Assembly: GCA_049509455.1 (NCBI GenBank)
Contig: JBEKZX010000028.1
Span: forward strand, 1-20,499
Direction of reading: 5' to 3'
Length of the DNA stretch: 20,499 nt
From: Conexivisphaerales archaeon
GTDB taxonomy: Archaea > Thermoproteota > Nitrososphaeria > Conexivisphaerales > DTJL01
Positions 15,598 to 20,499 of this stretch are shown piece by piece (positions within the stretch are counted from its first letter, which is position 1; the number at the start of each line of letters is the position of its first letter). The position numbers were made by a program, and so were the translations under genes. The notes under the pieces are model-generated. The model had not been told where the DNA came from. It saw nothing but the letters and a program-made list of their open reading frames with translations, and searched no databases.

Positions 15598-16494
15598 GTG
15601 CAGAAGTGGGTGCCGGCAGTGGTCGTGGTGCTGCTCCTCGTTGGAGGTACTGTAGCTTACGTGTCTTGGCAGACAATTCTCCTCAGGCAACAGAATGAGA
15701 CCGAGCGACAGGAGACCGAACAACTTCAGGAGCAACTCCAGTCGCTTCAACAACAGCTTCTCAACCAGAGTAATCAGCTGTCGGGGGAGATATCGAATCT
15801 CACAAGCGAGGTGAACATGTATCAGTCTCTGATTTCAAATCTCACAGCCGAAGTGGGCCAGGATCAGGGTTTAACATCGAACCTCACAGCCGAAGTGGGC
15901 CAGGATCAGTCTCTGATATCGAATCTCACAAGCGAGGTGAACATGTATCAGTCTCTCCTGTCTTTGAATACCACTTCCTCTAATTCCACGAACGGCCTCT
16001 TCCTGGGGATGAGCCTGAACACGACCACCCTGAGCCCCGGGCAGGGAGTCGATATCACCGTCGCCGAGCTCAACTTGCTGGACCAATTCAACAACATTTC
16101 CGTAGCTGACGCCTGGGCCCTGAAGGGCCTCGCGACGGGAGGGTGCCCCTCGCTCTACTACCCCTTCGGGATAGCCGTCCTCCAGGGCATCTACACGAGC
16201 GCGAACTTATCTCAGGCCGTGCCGCTTCGAATCTTCCCTGTGGTCGCCTGCCCGATGATCGTCATGTACATCACCGGATACTTGTTCCAGCCGATGAGCG
16301 ACAACGCGACAGTCCTCCCCGGCACGGGAGAGGTCACGATGGCGACGGCGGTCTCAGCGAGCGGGACCTACAGCACTACTGGGAATAAGTTGAACCAGCT
16401 TACGCCCTTCACGCCCGGGACCTACACCGTGGTAGCCGGCGACGAATGGGGAAGCGTGGCCTTCGCTTATTTCGTCGTGGTCGCCTCTTCGTAG
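15598..16494 (+). CDS. Membrane-anchored extracellular protein with a coiled-coil stalk and a C-terminal beta domain
   Basis: N-terminal TM segment, Q/L-rich heptads, several N-x-S/T sequons, and C-terminal PGTYTVVAGDEWG. Confidence 0.85.
   Translation: MQKWVPAVVVVLLLVGGTVAYVSWQTILLRQQNETERQETEQLQEQLQSLQQQLLNQSNQLSGEISNLTSEVNMYQSLISNLTAEVGQDQGLTSNLTAEVGQDQSLISNLTSEVNMYQSLLSLNTTSSNSTNGLFLGMSLNTTTLSPGQGVDITVAELNLLDQFNNISVADAWALKGLATGGCPSLYYPFGIAVLQGIYTSANLSQAVPLRIFPVVACPMIVMYITGYLFQPMSDNATVLPGTGEVTMATAVSASGTYSTTGNKLNQLTPFTPGTYTVVAGDEWGSVAFAYFVVVASS
15790..15957 (+). repeat. Four in-frame 42-bp (14-aa) tandem repeats in A-B-B-A order
   Basis: Units 1 and 4 are 41/42 identical (ISNLTSEVNMYQSL). 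Units 2 and 3 encode xSNLTAEVGQDQxL. Confidence 0.95.
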
Positions 16495-16629
16495 ATGACG
16501 GTCCGCGGAGAGAAATACGAACCCGAGGCGGAGCCCAGCGAGGGCGTGAGGAAGGGAATCACAGCTAAGGAGGAAGCTGAAGAGGTCGCGAACAGGAGCT
16601 TGATCGACGGAAACCTGAAGTTCCGCCTT

Positions 16630-16640
16630 CCCCCCCCCCC
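16630..16640. repeat. C11 homopolymer
   Basis: Eleven consecutive C residues between the 15598-16494 gene and catalase. Confidence 0.9.
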
Positions 16641-16786
16641 AGAAGCGGGCGCCAAAGGATACCGGAGCGGGAGGGCGCATCGCATCGTTTCCTCATCGGG
16701 CCGTACACCGTGGTCGTGGCTAGTCTGTAAAGGCGGACTTTGATGCTGTGGTATGAAGTAGTCTAGTGCTCAGCGAGCCAGCCGTC

Positions 16787-18250
16787 CTAGAGTTTGAGGC
16801 CTTTGGCTACGGCTTTCCCTAACGTCGGGTCAGCTTTAGTCAAGTTTGCAACCACCCGTTGCTGAATCTGTTTGTCTATGGGTGTAAGATCTGCAATGAG
16901 GTTGCCTACCAGATGCTCTTGGTCTACCTTGTTCAAGGAACGATACTTTTCTCTAGCTTGCTGGAAGTCGTTGGTTCTGCTAATCTTCTTCTTTGTGACA
17001 TCCCCATCAACGCGAAATGCGGATGATGCTCCTGACGGATCCTCCACGGGTGAGCCTCCGGCAAGGGTTGCTGGTTCATAATTCACAGGACCGCTGTATT
17101 CTCCCATTTGCATTGACCCGTCGCGCTGGCTGTTGTTGACCTCCGCCACGGGACGGTTTACTGGAATCTGCAAGTAGTTTGGTCCTAACCTATGGCGCTG
17201 GGTATCCGCGTACGAAAATGTTCTGCCCTGGAGCAACTTGTCGGCGGAGAATTCTATACCTGGAACGATGCTTGCTGGACAGAAGGCTGCTTGCTCAACT
17301 TCAGCGAAGAAGTTCTTGGGATTGCGATTCAATACCATCTTCCCGACTCGCATCAGCGAGAATTTGTCTTCAGGCCAGGTCTTCGTCGGGTCAAGTGGGT
17401 CAAAATCTTGTTTCAACTCGTCCCCAATCTTCATCAGCTGGACAAAGAGTTCATACTGTACCTCTTCACCCTTGGCTATTGCGTTCCAGAGGTCGCGGCT
17501 GAGATAGTCTGGGTCGACGCCAGCCAGCCGGGTTGCTTCATGACGGTCAAGGTTGTGAACTCCCAATTTTGGTTTCCAGTGGTACTTCACATACTGACGC
17601 TTGCCAGCCGAGTTCACCCAGACATAGGTGTTAACCCCGAAGCCCTCGGTCATCCTATAGCTTCTTGGTGTCCCGCGGTCTGAGAAGAGCCATATGATCA
17701 TGTGCGTTGATTCAGGGGTCAAAGATATGAAATCCCAGAAGCTGTTGTGGGACGACGAGGCCGCAGGCATGTTGTTGTCAGGTGCGCCCTTGAACGCATG
17801 AACCATGTCTGGGAATTTGATAGCGTCTCGGATGAAGAACACGGGAAGGTTGTTTCCAACTAGGTCGTAGTTGCCTTCCTCGGTGTAGAACTTTACGGCG
17901 AATCCACGTGGATCCCGCACCGTGTCAGCAGATCCTCTTCCACCGGTTACGGTTGAAAACCTTACGAACACGGGAGTCTTCTTGCTTGGGTCTTGGAGGA
18001 ACTTCGCCTTTGTGTAGGGCGCCATACTCTTGTAAACTTGGAAGTAGCCGTGTGCTGCTGCCCCCTTTGCGTGGACAACTCTTTCGGGGATGCGCTCTCT
18101 ATCAAAGTGTGCCATCTTCTCGACGAACTGGACATCTTGAAGCAAGACCGGGCCTCTTTCGCCAACAGTCAACGAATTCTGATTGTCGGCGATCGGCACG
18201 CCCTGATTTGTGGTCAAATGTTTCTTCTTTTCCGTTGTAGGCATCTCCAT
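16787..18250 (-). CDS. katA: Monofunctional heme catalase (small subunit)
   Basis: FDRERIPERVVHAKG, RFSTVTG, RDPRGFAVKFYTEEGNYDLVGNN and LLQGRTFSYADTQRHRLG; 487 aa. Confidence 0.96.
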   Translation of the reverse strand: MEMPTTEKKKHLTTNQGVPIADNQNSLTVGERGPVLLQDVQFVEKMAHFDRERIPERVVHAKGAAAHGYFQVYKSMAPYTKAKFLQDPSKKTPVFVRFSTVTGGRGSADTVRDPRGFAVKFYTEEGNYDLVGNNLPVFFIRDAIKFPDMVHAFKGAPDNNMPAASSSHNSFWDFISLTPESTHMIIWLFSDRGTPRSYRMTEGFGVNTYVWVNSAGKRQYVKYHWKPKLGVHNLDRHEATRLAGVDPDYLSRDLWNAIAKGEEVQYELFVQLMKIGDELKQDFDPLDPTKTWPEDKFSLMRVGKMVLNRNPKNFFAEVEQAAFCPASIVPGIEFSADKLLQGRTFSYADTQRHRLGPNYLQIPVNRPVAEVNNSQRDGSMQMGEYSGPVNYEPATLAGGSPVEDPSGASSAFRVDGDVTKKKISRTNDFQQAREKYRSLNKVDQEHLVGNLIADLTPIDKQIQQRVVANLTKADPTLGKAVAKGLKL

Positions 18251-18318
18251 TCAACAACAGTTGTTCGAATCCCCTATAAATTTCTATCGTCATCGCGAAA
18301 CTAGCTAGCAAAGGCAGG

Positions 18319-18574
18319 CTAAGCATGCGTCATGCGATTGCCGTGATGGTATCCGAATATCGAAGCAGAGACAAGCGCGCAAGCGATCGCAGCTCCGACA
18401 TAGAGGGGTTCGCCCGACTTTCCCGTCAGCGCACCCCATACAGACGACTCCACACTCAGCAAGGCCGCCGTGTCTTCAAAGCGGATCCTTTTCGGAGGGC
18501 CTCTCAGCGTAGCCAAGAGGTTTGCGGCACCCAGGATGATGACTTGAAATCTCCGCTAACTCCGCAGGAGTCAT
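18319..18574 (-). pseudogene. Small (about 85-aa) membrane protein with a +1 frameshift near 18545
   Basis: ATG 18574 lies 8 bp after the Lrp stop. MTPAELAEIS joins (ATT TCA A GTC ATC ATC, one extra A) to VIILGAANLLATLRGPPKRIRFEDTAALL...LYVGAAIACALVSASIFGYHHGNRMTHA. Confidence 0.6.
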
Positions 18575-18581
18575 TGGATCA

Positions 18582-19040
18582 TTATAGCTTGAACCGGGTT
18601 TCGATCTTCACAAGGCCTGTCGCGGCCCATACCGTGGCGTCCTCCACGCCGGAAATCATCTTAATCCTCCGTTTGAGTTCGTTCAAATGCTTCATGTCTT
18701 TGGCGTGGACGACGGCTATAGCGTCGTATTCACCCGTCGTCTGAAAGACGTGATGTGATTCTTCGAAGGAGGCCAACTCGCCTACCGCGTCGCTCAAGAG
18801 CATCGGGTCTGTCTTGACCAGCACCACGGCGGTCACGTTCATTCCAATTCTTCTCGGATCAAGCAGGGCCGTCATCCTGGTGATCACCTTCTCATCGGAC
18901 AGGCGTTTTAGCCTGTATCTTACGGTCGACTCGGCGACCCCCATCAGCTCTGCAATCTCGGCGAAAGAGATACGCGCATCATCCTGAAGCAGGTTCAGAA
19001 TGCTCTTGTCGATTTCATCAAGATCTTTCGGCAAACCCAT
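18582..19040 (-). CDS. Lrp/AsnC family transcriptional regulator
   Basis: LDEIDKSILNLLQDDARISFAEIAELMGVAESTVRYRLKRL helix-turn-helix, plus a C-terminal RAM domain (TTGEYDAI). Confidence 0.95.
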   Translation of the reverse strand: MGLPKDLDEIDKSILNLLQDDARISFAEIAELMGVAESTVRYRLKRLSDEKVITRMTALLDPRRIGMNVTAVVLVKTDPMLLSDAVGELASFEESHHVFQTTGEYDAIAVVHAKDMKHLNELKRRIKMISGVEDATVWAATGLVKIETRFKL

Positions 19041-19283
19041 GGGAAGTCAGTTGAATCGTGCTTATAATCGTGAGCCCGAAAGGGTCCGTTAAGTTGTCGG
19101 TCGATTATGGGAGGCTTTGAGCTCCAGTCAGCGGCGTGCTGGAGGAGAATCGGGTCAAGCCTCGGACACGTGACGACACGCGGGCCACCGAAGCCGATAT
19201 TTGCGGAAGACGCAATAAAAGCGGATAGATTCAGCGAAACCAGCAGATTTATAAGGTCGTCCACAGCAGCGTCTCGACTTGAA

Positions 19284-19997
19284 TTGGCCAACTACATTCC
19301 ACTGTTGACCACCGCCGTGGCCTTTGTCTTCTCCCTCCTCCTCGCCCGCCAGTACTTTCAGAGGCGCAGGGTTCACCAGCTCCTTTGGACGGTCGCCATG
19401 GCCTTTTACGCAATCTCGGCGTTTATGGAGTTCCTCATGAATCCGGACGTGATGGGAGCGAACCTCTCCCTGTTCAGGGTCTACTACGTCCTGGCGGCGC
19501 CCCTAGTGGGCCTGCTGGGCGCGGGGGTGGTGTATCTCCTTGCGAAGAGGGGCGTGGCCAGGCTCTTCCTCGGTTTCGTGGTGGTGTTCTCCCTGGCCTT
19601 GGTCGCCACGGGCCTGACTGCATCCCTCAATGCATCGACCTTCGTCAGCGGCTTCAGCGGGGGGCTGGCGCAGGGCATCAGCGCAGCCTCCAGCCTCTAT
19701 CCCATGACCGTGAGGGTCTTCGCCATCGTCCTGAACTCCGTCGGAGGCGTGGCCTTGATCGTTGGCGCCCTCTACAGCTTCCTGAGAGACATGAGCAGGA
19801 CGTACAACCTCTTCATCGCCGTCGGGGGCGTGCTGCCGATGGCGGGGGGAGCCCTTCTGGGGTTCTTCGAAAGCAGTGACCTGTTCTTCACGTTCGAGCT
19901 GGGAGGGACGGTCTTCCTCTTCCTGGGCTTCCTGTTGAGCGCGGGATACATCACGAGGAGGGAGGCCGCTAAGGCGGCACCGACCTCCAACCCTTGA
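19284..19997 (+). CDS. Multi-pass (about 7 TM) membrane protein of unknown function
   Basis: The hydrophobic sequence starts at (M)ANYIPLLTTAVAFVFS. TTTATAA at 19248-19254 supports TTG 19284 over the track start at 19107. Confidence 0.8.
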   Translation: MANYIPLLTTAVAFVFSLLLARQYFQRRRVHQLLWTVAMAFYAISAFMEFLMNPDVMGANLSLFRVYYVLAAPLVGLLGAGVVYLLAKRGVARLFLGFVVVFSLALVATGLTASLNASTFVSGFSGGLAQGISAASSLYPMTVRVFAIVLNSVGGVALIVGALYSFLRDMSRTYNLFIAVGGVLPMAGGALLGFFESSDLFFTFELGGTVFLFLGFLLSAGYITRREAAKAAPTSNP

Positions 19998-20039
19998 CCT
20001 ATAGGTGTGCTGCTAACAGCGGCCTCCGACATCTCCTCC

Positions 20040-20145
20040 CATTCGATTGACAGATTGTCTTCACTAACCTAAAGATGAATGAACGGCCCATTCGCGGGTC
20101 CAACCCCACGTCTAAGACTGGCGGCTGAAGATTTGGTCTTTCCAA
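20040..20145 (+). repeat. Dispersed repeat copy: module A - module B - degenerate core
   Basis: 20042-20069 matches 7450-7477 at 21/28. 20085-20132 matches 7335-7382 at 41/48 without gaps. Confidence 0.9.
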
Positions 20146-20238
20146 CCACTGAATCGTCTATTACAAAGGTCGAGTCAGTGAGCCCGCTTAACGACGTCTC
20201 CTTCCCTAAGGTTTCGCAACTTGAAGTCTGGAAAGGAT

Positions 20239-20499
20239 CTAGGACAGGGCTTGCTTGACGTCTTGGCGAATCTGTTCGTCGGACTTGCCGTCCGTCGAAA
20301 CCCCGAGCTCGTTCGCGGCCTTCAGCAGCTTGTCATGTTCAGAAAGCTGGGAAGGGGTCGAGCCCTGGGGAGGAGTAAGGCCCTGTTTGAGCTTCTGGAG
20401 CTCCAGATCGGACTCCACCTTCGCCTTCTGGAACTCTCCCTGAGCGCGTCCGAGGGACTTCGCCAAGTCAGGGATCTTGCCGGCGCCGAAGATCAGGAC
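20239..20499 (-). CDS. tatA: Twin-arginine translocase TatA/E (5' end outside the window)
   Basis: VLIFGAGKIPDLAKSLGRAQGEFQKAK...AANELGVSTDGKSDEQIR. Confidence 0.9.
   Translation of the reverse strand, partial: VLIFGAGKIPDLAKSLGRAQGEFQKAKVESDLELQKLKQGLTPPQGSTPSQLSEHDKLLKAANELGVSTDGKSDEQIRQDVKQALS

Noticed and set aside
19137-19149. 13-bp reverse-strand match (TTCTCCTCCAGCA) to the 1700 core
   Set aside because: It lacks the CAATAG arm, and a match this short could be chance.
2016-19879. Many ORF-track entries antisense to or nested in long genes (e.g. 2044-2286, 2482-2865, 4523-4942, 12641-13075, 14316-15023, 17192-17683, 19385-19879)
   Set aside because: These are shadow ORFs typical of GC-rich coding DNA; the opposite or main frame carries clear family motifs.
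20060-20135. Repeats as canonical integron attC sites
   Set aside because: AAC...GTT pairs exist, but the R''/R' boxes are not complementary RYYYAAC/GTTRRRY. GTT is not conserved between copies, cassette genes face both ways, and no IntI is present.

Overview
Archaeal chromosomal segment, judged from alba, an archaeal-type RNase HI, Lrp/AsnC, TatA and TATA boxes about 25-30 bp ahead of many start codons. The overall character suggests a non-ammonia-oxidising Nitrososphaerota/TACK lineage, but that is inference. Core genes (alba, rnhA, tatA, Lrp) are mixed with accessory genes: two MFS transporters, an ABC-2 exporter, a GNAT, DUF488, a monofunctional catalase, a D-2-hydroxyacid dehydrogenase, secreted/membrane proteins, and several frameshifted small membrane-protein genes. 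Three unusual signals lie outside the ORF track. (1) A modular repeat family has about 10 intergenic copies, all on the + strand, with a fixed-spacing 28-bp quasi-palindromic core and hairpin modules that vary in a G-U-compatible way; between 5.7 and 10.1 kb these repeats separate single genes like cassettes. (2) An orphan group II intron domain V/VI remnant at 5061-5131 abuts one repeat copy. (3) Two paralogous basic CxxC-x9-H-x5-C microproteins lie 11 kb apart. All alignments were done by eye; no database search was run.
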